From NCBI GenBank assembly GCA_030427805.1, contig JAUICP010000003.1, forward strand, positions 6,756-70,755: a stretch of DNA of 64,000 nt, in the 5' to 3' direction. The position numbers and the translations under genes are program-made. The notes under the pieces were generated by a model, which saw only the letters and a program-made list of their open reading frames with translations, ran no database searches and had not been told where the DNA came from. The stretch is from Bdellovibrionia bacterium. GTDB lineage: Bacteria > Bdellovibrionota > Bdellovibrionia > Bdellovibrionales > JAGQZY01. Positions 27,826-38,400 of this stretch are shown here, one piece after another. Numbering within the stretch: position 1 is the stretch's first letter; every line of letters starts with the position of its first letter.

Positions 27826-29106
27826 ATGTCAGATAAGAAAATCACCTTTAAAGAAGCCCTGATTCAACTCAAAGAAAAAAGATTCGTCGTTGCATTACTG
27901 ATGGGCTTTGCCGCTGGTCTTCCACTGATGCTAACACTTCGAACCATGCAAGCTTGGATGAAAGATGCAGGCCTGGATTTGACGACCATTGGACTCGTCG
28001 CTCTTATTCAACTTCCTTACACAATCAAATTTTTATGGTCCCCTATACTTGACCGATACACGTTACCTTTTCTTGGACGAAGAAGAGGGTGGCTGGCCCT
28101 GTCTCAAATGTTGTTGTTTTTATTTATCATTCTTCTGGCGTTTTTGGATCCGAGAGATAATCTAGGTCTCCTAGTCGCTATTGCCGTTATTGTTTCCTAT
28201 GTCGGTGCCACTCAAGACATATTGATTGATGCTTACCGAAGAGAAACTCTAGCCGAAGAAGAGCTTGGTATGGGTTCGACCGTTTATATTTACGGCTACA
28301 GAGTAGCAATGTATGTGACCACTGCAGGCGCAATGATTATTGCAGGATACCTTTCCTGGAAGGCCGCCTATATTGCGATGGGTGCAGCTGTAGTCGTTGG
28401 TCTTCTGACGACATTGTGGGCCGATGAACCTGAGGATGTTCCTGGCGCTCCAAGAACTTTGAAAGAAGCAGTTATTCTTCCCTTTCTAGAGTTTTTCAAA
28501 AGGAAAGGCGCACTCCTAATTCTCCTTTTTATAATACTATATAAACTAGGAGATACCATGGCAGGAAATATGGTGACGCCATTTTATCTCGATATCGGCT
28601 TCTCATTAAAGGAAATCGCACTAATCACTAAAACCATAGGACTTTTTTCGACTTTGATAGGGGCCTTCATTGGAGGACTCATTATTTATAAATTAGGAAT
28701 TAAAATATCTTTGTATGTTTTCGGTGTATTTCAAGCAATTTCTACAGCCGGATTTGCGCTATTGAATGAGATAGGAAGTTATCAATGGATGCTAGCTGCA
28801 ACCGTAACGTTTGAAGACCTCTCTGCAGGAATGGGAACTGCCGCCTTTATGGCATTGATGGCTTCGCTATCAGATAAGCGATTTACGGCCACTCAATATG
28901 CTTTGCTCACATCACTAATGAAAATACCTCAGGTTTTTGTTGCTGCACCCACGGGGCTCATGGCCGAAAAAATGGGATGGACCCCCTTCTTCCTTTTCTG
29001 TGCCGTTATAGCAATTCCGGGTCTTTTGATTTTACACAAAGTAATTCATCTGACTAAAACCGAAATTAAAGTCGACGATGGGCAAACGAAACCAGTTGAA
29101 GCCTAA
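27826..29106 (+). CDS. ampG: AmpG-family muropeptide MFS permease
   Basis: GFAAGLP, PYTIKFLWSPILDRY..PFLGRRRGW, ATQDILIDAYR, ATQYALLTSL. Confidence 0.92.
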   Translation: MSDKKITFKEALIQLKEKRFVVALLMGFAAGLPLMLTLRTMQAWMKDAGLDLTTIGLVALIQLPYTIKFLWSPILDRYTLPFLGRRRGWLALSQMLLFLFIILLAFLDPRDNLGLLVAIAVIVSYVGATQDILIDAYRRETLAEEELGMGSTVYIYGYRVAMYVTTAGAMIIAGYLSWKAAYIAMGAAVVVGLLTTLWADEPEDVPGAPRTLKEAVILPFLEFFKRKGALLILLFIILYKLGDTMAGNMVTPFYLDIGFSLKEIALITKTIGLFSTLIGAFIGGLIIYKLGIKISLYVFGVFQAISTAGFALLNEIGSYQWMLAATVTFEDLSAGMGTAAFMALMASLSDKRFTATQYALLTSLMKIPQVFVAAPTGLMAEKMGWTPFFLFCAVIAIPGLLILHKVIHLTKTEIKVDDGQTKPVEA

Positions 29107-29113
29107 TTAGTAC

Positions 29114-29776
29114 CTAGAGGCGGAAGTGAATGCCGCAGACAAGGCCGAACTCCGCTAGAGTAGCCGGGGCCGCTGAGACATCAAAGATTGTTGTACCGGC
29201 AATGAGTTCAGGTCTGAGAACAAAGCGCGGCAGCCAATGATAATCAACACCGACGTGAATACCAAAAAAAATTCCACTGGAACCAATCTTAGAAACAACG
29301 TCTCTTTCACGGCCAATGGCCCCATTGGCGATCCCTGTGCCGAAACCAACAAATGGGGACCACCTTTGCAAGGTCACTGAACTTTCGAGTTCTTTTCGCG
29401 GTATTATTGGAACAGGATTAAGATAGTAGTAGCGAAGGGAACCGCCGGTAAAACCAACACCCGTCGAAAAAGGACCAAAGCGAAACCCTCTTCGATGGCC
29501 AATGGCCACCGTCCACTGATCGTGAATAACGGTCTCAACACTTATTCCAAAATAACCAGGAGATTCTGCTCTGGAGATATCAAAGGTTTGGGTGTCACCG
29601 ACCCGAACATTTTTTTCGATACCACTGGCACCAAATCCACCGAGAACTCCGTAAACGAGATCCGATGGATCAAAGCGCCAGGCTTGGGCCGTCGAGGTCA
29701 TCAGAAACGTCAGGAATAACACCAAGAAACTTTGGAAGTTTTGATTCAAGTTGGGTCTAAGCTGCAAAATCCTCAT
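29114..29776 (-). CDS. Small outer-membrane beta-barrel protein
   Basis: Signal peptide ending AQA; strands such as PFVGFGTG and GIHVGVDYH; C-terminal GIHFRL; overlaps the FliF-FliG fusion stop by 20 nt. Confidence 0.65.
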   Translation of the reverse strand: MRILQLRPNLNQNFQSFLVLFLTFLMTSTAQAWRFDPSDLVYGVLGGFGASGIEKNVRVGDTQTFDISRAESPGYFGISVETVIHDQWTVAIGHRRGFRFGPFSTGVGFTGGSLRYYYLNPVPIIPRKELESSVTLQRWSPFVGFGTGIANGAIGRERDVVSKIGSSGIFFGIHVGVDYHWLPRFVLRPELIAGTTIFDVSAAPATLAEFGLVCGIHFRL

Positions 29777-31562
29777 CCGATGTATACCCTATTGATTGGA
29801 TCGCTTCATCAAGGGCTATCTCCCCCTTCTGAACCATTTTTACCAATTTGTCGTGTAAAGAGCTTATGTAAGCCTCTTTCTCACTGTCGGGCATGCGATC
29901 GGGTCTTGCTAAATCATCGGCCAAGATCTTTTTTGTTCTTGGCGAAACAAGCTCGAGCATAAAGTCAGCCATGTCGGGAACGATGCGCGCGTAAGCCATC
30001 AACTCCTCGTTATTAGCTTTCTTTAAAATCATTTCGAGCGGGCCCGGAGACCACTGCTCTAAGAAAGCAATATGAGGGTTTGTCATTTTAAACTGCTCAA
30101 TGACGGGCCCCTCGACCTTTGGCAAGACTCTAATTGCCTCAACTAGATCCATTGTATCGATCAGTTTAGATAAGGTCAAAGAGAGTGAAACTTTGGACTC
30201 GTCCACTTCCTCACCAAAGTAGGGAGCAATTTTCTCTTCCATTTCAGAAAGACTATCTTTACTGATATCCGAGAGTTTTGCCGCAGCATTAAGCAACTCG
30301 ACCTTTTTACTGCGCTCGAGGTTAGCGAAGTATCCCCGCCTCATCCCCTCTGGCATGTAAAGAGATACGATCGTTTGTATATCGACATCGTTTCCAAGTA
30401 GAACTTTATTAACGGTTCCAAGTGGTGCTTTACCAACAAAACTAAAAGGTCTGTGAAGAGACTCGGTACCGAGGTTCAAAGAGGCCACGAGATCCCAATA
30501 GGTTTTATTCACAAGCTGGTACTTCTTTTCATTGGGAAGATCGTGCATTTTTGCAAAGGTATCACCCATTTTCTGCTTGAACTCCTGTGGAATGGGCAAA
30601 CTCCCCAAAACACTTCCAGAAATTTCTGCAAAACAAGCAATTTGCATCAAACCGTCTTCACCTTGCTCGCACCACTCGTTAATGACGTTTCTCACTTCGC
30701 CAAGCATTTTTGGCGCGAGTTCACGTATTTGACCCGATAGCTGATCGATTTTACCTAGGAGCGTAGGATCGGAGTCCATATCGAGGCCCGCGGCGGCAAT
30801 CACTCCACCAGCGCCTGGCTCTGCACCTTCTCCAGCACCGGCTCCGCCACCTTCGAGTTTATTATTGATCGAAATGGGTGGCCCGGCTTCGCCCTTTTTA
30901 GCTCCGCTACCAGAAAGAATCTTAAACAAAAGTACACCCAGCAAGATACTTAAAGCCATGACCATGTGGCCGGCTAAATCCTGGAGCTCTTTTAATTGGT
31001 CTACCAAGGTTTTTTGTGGAACTTCCTTTGGTGGAGGAAGGGGCGCAGGAGCTTCAATGGGATTTTTAATAAATTGAACTTGGGCCTTACCGATGGAACC
31101 GAATTCACTTTTAACGCGTGAACTGAGCCACTGATCGACCGTCTTCTTTGTCTCTTCACCCATGTTGTCTTTAAGGCCCACTTGAATATTGACCGATCGA
31201 ATCGTGTATTTTTCAAGGGGATCGACTGCTCCCTGGGGCGTAATCGCATAGCGATCAAACAATTCATCAGCGTTGAGGTAACCCAAGTCTAAATCGGTAA
31301 ACGGCCTTTGATTGGTCGTTTGTGCCCGCTGCTTTTCGTTGGAAGAATTAATTTCGATTCGGGCTCCGACGCGAAAGTGATTGCGATCAACGATTGTGGA
31401 AAGCTCTAGGCTATAGCGTTGAACGATCATCGACTCTAAGCGCGTTTTTGCACTGAGGACATCCGCTTTGCGCAAGGGACCACTTTGTCCGAAAGCGCCC
31501 ATAGGCAGTGCCATGAGAAGTGCAAAAATAATTCGAATGTTTAAAACGCGAAGTAAGCTAAT
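29757..31562 (-). CDS. Natural FliF-like/FliG fusion rotor protein (periplasmic ring-building motif, TM, FliF_C, FliG N/M/C)
   Basis: IRSVNIQV...AQVQF resembles FliF RBM3; one TM; QIRELAPKMLGEVRNVINEW resembles the FliF C-tail; RPFSFV...IVSLYMP resembles FliG_M; VSPRTKKILADDL...KGEIAL resembles FliG_C. First ATG is 31514; an in-frame ATT at 31562 would restore a signal peptide (start uncertain). Confidence 0.75.
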   Translation of the reverse strand: MSLLRVLNIRIIFALLMALPMGAFGQSGPLRKADVLSAKTRLESMIVQRYSLELSTIVDRNHFRVGARIEINSSNEKQRAQTTNQRPFTDLDLGYLNADELFDRYAITPQGAVDPLEKYTIRSVNIQVGLKDNMGEETKKTVDQWLSSRVKSEFGSIGKAQVQFIKNPIEAPAPLPPPKEVPQKTLVDQLKELQDLAGHMVMALSILLGVLLFKILSGSGAKKGEAGPPISINNKLEGGGAGAGEGAEPGAGGVIAAAGLDMDSDPTLLGKIDQLSGQIRELAPKMLGEVRNVINEWCEQGEDGLMQIACFAEISGSVLGSLPIPQEFKQKMGDTFAKMHDLPNEKKYQLVNKTYWDLVASLNLGTESLHRPFSFVGKAPLGTVNKVLLGNDVDIQTIVSLYMPEGMRRGYFANLERSKKVELLNAAAKLSDISKDSLSEMEEKIAPYFGEEVDESKVSLSLTLSKLIDTMDLVEAIRVLPKVEGPVIEQFKMTNPHIAFLEQWSPGPLEMILKKANNEELMAYARIVPDMADFMLELVSPRTKKILADDLARPDRMPDSEKEAYISSLHDKLVKMVQKGEIALDEAIQSIGYTSDEDFAA

Positions 31563-31565
31563 CTC

Positions 31566-32261
31566 TTAATTCCCTGTTGCCGGTTGAGCTGGTTTTGCGC
31601 CCTGCTGAGGTGCCGTGTTTCCACTGGCTGGAACTCGAGGAGGAAGCCTCGTCGGAAGCTTTAAGGTCTGTCGCACCTTAGCCGCCATATCGATAGCTGT
31701 CTTCATTTCTGGGTTCGCAGCAATGGCACTCTCATACCACTTTAAACTCTCTTCAAATTTACCCTGGCCGTAGTAAATGGCCGCTTTCATGCTCAAAGCA
31801 CGATCAAACTCTGGAAAGACCGCAAGAATTTTATCGATTTCAATCAAAGCTCGTTCAAGCTGCTGGCTCCGAGCAAATTGCTGAGTCAGAAATAATTTGT
31901 TCAAAATATCCTGAGCCGTTTTTAATTCTTCTTTTGAGCTCTTTTTTGATCTCAATTTAATATTTAATTGAGTGTCGAGCTGGCCGCTTCCGTTAACTGG
32001 AATATAGAGATCACGATCAACAAAACCATCCTTCTTAATAAGTACGTTCACGAGACCCCCAGGAGAATTTTGCCCTTTGAGAATCTCTTCGAGCTCTACT
32101 CCTGTTTTTGTCACAGGTGTCGGCCCCAATGGACTCTCCTCACCCGTTGTTTGATCGACTATAAAAACCTCAGCCTTATCGGGTTCCGTCAAAACTTTGA
32201 AGGACGTCGCACAAGCTGAGAGTAGAATCAATCCTAAAAAACATACTATTAAACGTTTCAT
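31566..32261 (-). CDS. Lipoprotein with PEGA-like and TPR domains
   Basis: Lipobox LSA-C; VLTEPDKAEV...LGPTP...IKKDGF PEGA-like; TPR ALSMKAAIYYGQGKFEESLKWYESAIAANP. Confidence 0.8.
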   Translation of the reverse strand: MKRLIVCFLGLILLSACATSFKVLTEPDKAEVFIVDQTTGEESPLGPTPVTKTGVELEEILKGQNSPGGLVNVLIKKDGFVDRDLYIPVNGSGQLDTQLNIKLRSKKSSKEELKTAQDILNKLFLTQQFARSQQLERALIEIDKILAVFPEFDRALSMKAAIYYGQGKFEESLKWYESAIAANPEMKTAIDMAAKVRQTLKLPTRLPPRVPASGNTAPQQGAKPAQPATGN

Positions 32262-32285
32262 AGCAACCTTTTCCGTTCACTATAC

Positions 32286-32313
32286 TCTTCGTAACGATGA
32301 GTCTGATCCTTTA
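32286..32313 (-). promoter_or_regulatory. Putative sigma28 promoter
   Basis: Minus strand TAAAG-N15-TACGAAGA, just upstream of the TPR lipoprotein/FliF-FliG/OMP unit. Confidence 0.45.
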
Positions 32314-32440
32314 CAGCTCTTAGGCTTGATCTTGACCAAGGTCTCAGAGAATTCGTCACTTTTTTGACAACTTACCAAAAGTCTAGCTGGACGAAAGGTG
32401 TAGTTTTCGAAAGAATTGTCACATTTAAGAACACATGTAT

Positions 32441-35400
32441 TTACTGAACTTCGATGACGATCATTGAACTCACGAAATTAATGAATCCGGCTCCTGGGTT
32501 GACCCGAGTCATGAAGCGATCACCAGAGGTTAGTGTAAGCGCTCCGGAGGTCTGTACAGCGGTGCTATCGTTATTAAATAGAATGGGTGAGCCAGCCACT
32601 TCGCTCAAACCTGCCGCGCCAGAGTCATCGCTGTGATGAAGAAGAGAAACCGTGACATCAGAAGAGGCGTCGTCGGTAACAACGGCTCTAAAATAGGTCG
32701 TTGGATTCGAATACTGACTCAGATCGATTAAAGCTCGCTCCTCGGTATAGTCTTCAGAAGAACTCACGCTAGACCGGTAGGAATTGAGACGATGAATGAT
32801 CTGTGCTTTTGATAGGTTTTCTAATCGCACCCAAATCCCCGCCTTGTAGAGTCTGACACTCCCTCCGCTACAGTCAATCTCACAGCGTAAGACGGGCTCA
32901 AATAGATCGCCGTTATTAGCAAGGGTAAATTGATCCACACCCTCGTCAAAAGGCACTGAGGCTAAATCAATTGTATTGTTGTAAAAACGAGTTTCGGTTC
33001 GCTCTACTAGCTGACCCGAGTTTGAGTTTTGTAGAGCGACGATACCACTCGATGTTCCCTGAGTTGCAACTAAGGCTTCAAACTGCCACGCATTGAAATC
33101 AACAATTTTAGAGAGCTTGGTCGTGTCTTTAAGAAACCTTCCTCCATTGGGAACTTCTTCAAAACTTTCTGACGATGTCGAATAAACACCAATACTAGCA
33201 TCTTGATTATTAGGCGACTCATCGGAACTACTCAAAGGAAAGTAAAGTCTTGTCTTGGTCGCATCGGTCTGATTAACGTAGGCCTTCGCTCCGTAAACAT
33301 TGAGATCTCCGTCATTCGTCGTTTGTTCGACCTGTATTCTATAAATTTCATATCCCGCGGTTGGCGTAAAAGTCGTGCGATAGCGCGTGGGAGTACCTAC
33401 TCCCGACGGAATAAGAAGGCTTCCAACGACGACATCTGACTCGTTGACCAAGTGAACATTTCGAGCGGCCCCATCTGAATTAGTCGCTATAACTTCAAAT
33501 TCATAGCTCGTCACACCGTCGTAGGCATCTGTATCAATACTTGTTTGCGAGCGTTCAAAACTGATGGCTCCCAAAGAGCTTGATGACATTTTCACGTCCG
33601 TTAACTCAATGGGAACTTGCAAATCAATATAGCCCGAACGAACAATCGAGTCCTCATTCGAATATTGTGACCGACTTCCATCGGCAAAAATGGCTTCAAC
33701 AACATAAAAATAATTTCCATTGGCCTCAATTGCTGAGTCCGTATAGGAATTCGTACCTACGTTGGCGATAATCCCATAAGGGCCGCCGGTAACATTACTT
33801 CGTCTGACATTATAGGTTACAGCTCCAGCTAAAGTATCCCAGCTGAGGTCAATTCCTCCTGTGGAGTTACTCGCTGCAAGGTTTGTCGGACCACCATTAA
33901 GATCCACAGCCTGTTCCGTCGAGTACGCCGAGGGAACGCCCGAATAACTGAGCGAGCGAATGACATAGAAATAACGATTTCCAGCCACGACACTCGTATC
34001 GTCATAGGAAGTATCTGTTGGTCCTGGGCTAGCAACGAGTGAATAAGGTCCACCCTGTGTTGTCGACCTCAAAATTTCATAACCTTGAATACTCGGAGTT
34101 TGAATCCAACTGAGGTTCACCTCTGAATTAGTTGTAGCTGAAGCATAAAATCCTACTGGTACTAGTGGACTTGTACTTAAATTCACACCGTCACTAGCTA
34201 CCGACATTGACATCTCAGCGCCACTGGCATTGAAACCCTGATACTTGTAGTAATAGGTATAGTTAGGATCGACGGTATTATCTTGATAGGTGTTGACCCC
34301 AACTCCAGATGCGATCTCATCAAAGACAAATCCATCCAACGAGCGGTAAACTGAATAGTTAACAGCCCCAGGAATGGCAACCCAATCGACCTGAACCGTC
34401 GAGGCATCAAAATATTGTGCGTCGGGTTTTGTCGGCTCTAACTGGGGAACAATTATAACTTCATTAGAGTAAGGAGATTCAGTCGAGCCAATCAAAGCTT
34501 TTACCGAGAAAAAGTAGGTCGTGTCCGTTGTATTCCCGATGACGACAATCCCGTGACTTCCGCTAGAGCTTCTGACTGGAGCTCCATAGGCACCCGAACT
34601 TGTCGCCCTATAAATATTGTAGGATGTCGCAGAGGGAACGGATGCCCAGGACAGTATAATTTCCGTACCCGTATTATTGTTTTCAGCCACGAGATCCGTT
34701 GGCGTCGACGGATTTCTCCCCGGAGTGTGCCCTGTACTACTTGGCGACTCTAAACTCTGCACACCGTAGTCCACGACAAATTTATAAAAGTATATACTAC
34801 CGTTGACGACCGTCATGTCGACATAATTGGTCGATGGGTAATCCGTAGCGATTGGAGTAAAGTTTATCCCATCTGTAGATCGATATAGATCATAATCGAC
34901 AGCTCCCGCAAGAGGTGTCCAATTAATCTCAATCTGTCCGTCACCAACAATTCCCGATGGAGCCGAAGGTTGAGAAAAAGTGGAAGCCGAGGTTGGCGTT
35001 GACGTATAATCCGTGAGAGCTACTGTTGCAATAACTCTAACAAAGTATTCCGTTTGCGGTAGGAGTCCCGTAATATTGAAAGTATTGACTCCGGTTGAAC
35101 CTTTTAGAACATAAGGACCACCGACGTTTGTAGCGACCTCAACTTTGTAAAGGGTCGCACCGCTCACATGGGGCCAATCGGCACGCATATTTGAAGTACT
35201 ATTAACCGTCAGACTCACGTTCGAAGGAATCGTCGTATCCGTCAACATCCCAGACTTACCAACTGACATTTGCCCTCGGGTTAAGTCAGCAAATCGAGCT
35301 TGAACTTTGTAGTAATACCCAACTCCACTCGCCGCAGTTGTATCGGCATAGGTTGTTAACCCTGTTGTATCGATCTCAGTATAAGGCCCATTGATATCTG

Positions 35401-38400
35401 TAGACCTCCAAATGGCATAATCTTGAACAAGAGCGACATTCCCCCAGCTCAAATTAATTTGGGTGGCAGCACCAGTGGCCGTAAATCCGGTAATTGGGGC
35501 TTCGCGAATATCGACCACATTCGAGTCGGCCGACTCAAAACTTCCCCACACGGTTGTGATTTTAAAATAGTTACGATCCTCTAAAACAGGGGCCGCGAGA
35601 ATGAAATTATTGGTGACGTAAGACACTAAAGTGTAAGGCCCGCCAGGACTTGTCGCTTGATAGAGATTAAATCCATTGTAATAATCAGGGGCCGTCCAAT
35701 TGAGTTCGATACGACCATCGGATTCTATTCTACGGATGCTTAGATTCGTCGGAGCCACAGGGTCGGCTGCAGCAGTACCACTCCTAATCGCTGTAGGGTA
35801 GCCGACAAAAATCTTATCCGTATCAACGTCTATAACGAATGCTTGAACGTAATAAAAGGCTCCCGACCCATTTGCAGTTGGGTCGCTATAGGAATTCGTT
35901 GTCAATCCACCGGCTAATAGAGTGAATGGCCCGTCATGGTTATCTGATTTATAGAGATCAAACTTTAACGTGTAACCATTGAGATCCGCATGGACTGCCG
36001 GATTCGACCAAGAAAGTAAAATTTCGCCATTACCTGGATAAATATTAAGGTTTGGCGCTTGGGTCGAATAGAAGCCGACGGTATTAGAGCCAGACGACTC
36101 GTTAATTCCCCAAATGGATCGAACACGAAAATATTCAAGATCGTCATTTCCATAGCCACAGCGATTGGTCGATGTCGATCCCACTGTTGCTAAGGGGTTA
36201 TTTGCAGACTTCGTATTTCCGCGCATAAGACGAAAATTATTGTAATACTCAGGCGCAGTCCAAGAGAGCTGAATTCCTCGAGCACCAGCACAGGCTTCCA
36301 TGGAACTATTTACAGTCATAACCAGGTTAGTGGGAGTCCCAGATGTTACACGAGGCGTAACTGAGGCAATATTGGATTGAATACTTTGGCCTGCTGGGTT
36401 TTTAGCAACCACATAGTAATAATAATTCTGACCATTAACTAATCCCGTATCAAAATAGGTACTATTAGTTTGATCAACTCCTATATCAGTAAAAGGTCCT
36501 CCGTACTCAGTCGAACGAAAAACTTTATAGGACATGTTTTGTGGAAAACCACTCCACGATAGATTGACCGAAGAACTATCTGGATAAGCTACCAGACTCG
36601 CCGCCTGAACCGGTGCCGGTGAAGAAATCGTTGTATTGACGGTCGAAGAGTATTGACTTCGGCCTGTATCATTACTTGCAAAAACTCGATAGAAATAGGT
36701 ATCACCATCACTCACCGAGTAGTCGCGAAAATTATTGGAAATTAGATCCGAAGCGACCACCGAGAATGGGCCCGTTGGGCTTCCTGACCGCTCCACTGAA
36801 TATCGGGGCAATGGATTCGACGTAGTATCGGGGAACCAATTAAATGTAACCGAACCATCTAAGTTAGAAATTATTTGCGGATTACTTGGACTGAGATCAA
36901 AGTGAGTAAAGTTGGTTAGAAAGGTACAGGCCGATTTCGTCCCTACTTCGTTGACTGAATCTCCGTAAAGAGCGCTAACAGCGTTATCGGATATCTGAAC
37001 TTCAATCCCAACACCTTCAAAGAGTGCTGGCGAACCACTTGAAAGTTCGTTCGTACAACCAGAATCATCGTAAATTCCAACACTAACTTTGTTCATAAAA
37101 TCAGAACTGGCGCTAAAACTTCCCGATATCCGCGTAAGTGGACTATAGGAGGGCGAAGCCGGACTCGCACTAAGATAAAGTGGAGCTCCTGGAACTAAAT
37201 TATTATGAGTATAATTTGTCAAAAAGGTACAACTACTCTGGTTACCAGCATCATCATAGGCTTTTGCGTAGAGAGTGGTTTGAGCATTTTGTGCCACATT
37301 TATCTGAATTCCCGTCGTGTTGTACTCGGTAGGGGTACCCTCTCCCAATTTGCTCACACAGGAGAAGCTATCAAAGAATGCCACTCGAGATGGTGGAAGT
37401 TGACTGGCAGGATTGTTGAGTACATCCCCTTGAATCATGGGAGTGGTTGAAGAATTGTTTGGCGAAACTGGAATCGTAGCCGCAAAACTGGGATTATTAG
37501 GGACGACTGTATTGTGAATAAATTGAGTGATGAAAGTACAAGCCGAGTCATTCCCATAAACGTCGGTTCCGATCGCGTAGATATCAATAGTTGAATTGAT
37601 CGGCACCATAATTCCAATTCCCGTTGAAATATATTGCCCTCGAGTTCCACTCCCGAGGGCGTTGGTGCACAAATTACTATCGTAGAGAGTTACGTTAGCG
37701 AGGGAATTATCCGCAGTTCCGACAATGAATGGGTTATTTGAAGCATTCGTTGGCGAAACTGGAAAAGTTGTAAAGAAACCAGGTGCGACAGCGGCTGTGT
37801 TAGAATGACTGTAGCTCGCAAGAAAGTTACAACTAGATACATTGCCTTCGATATCTGAAACAGTGACGTACACAGCCGTATCAGCATTGGCATCAGCTGT
37901 AATCATGACTCCAGCGCCCTCAAAATCGGCTATGGGTCCATCTCCAATAGCCATGGCACAGTTTTCATCTTTAAAAAAGTTAACGTGAACTGTTCGTGGA
38001 GCTCCCGTTCCACGAATTAATGGCGTCGTACTCGCATTCGTCGGTGAAGCCGGTATGGTTTCGAGGAATAAAGGAGCATTTGGTGCGATCGTATTATGGG
38101 TGTAATCAAGCATAGCAATACAAGCTGATCCGTTGCCAGCACCATCAAATGCCTTTGCGAATATGGAAGTGACTGAGTTTGCTGGAATGCTCGCAGCAAT
38201 ACCCGCACCTTCAAAATCTGATTTTGTTCCCGTTCCGATTTGGTTGAGACAAAGATTCGAGTCAAAAAAGTAAACATTTTCAGTGTCAGCAGAGCTATTT
38301 CCAGAAATTCTCGGCAAAGTAGTAATACGAGTTGGACTCGGCGGATTTGCATTCACAAAAACGGGATCAGATGGTGGAATATTATCGTGAACGTAGTTTG

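Noticed and set aside
29757-31514. Ordinary flagellar fliG or MgtE N-terminal domain protein
   Set aside because: It has a periplasmic domain, a TM and a FliF-like tail absent from canonical FliG, and it carries the FliG_C torque helix absent from MgtE_N.
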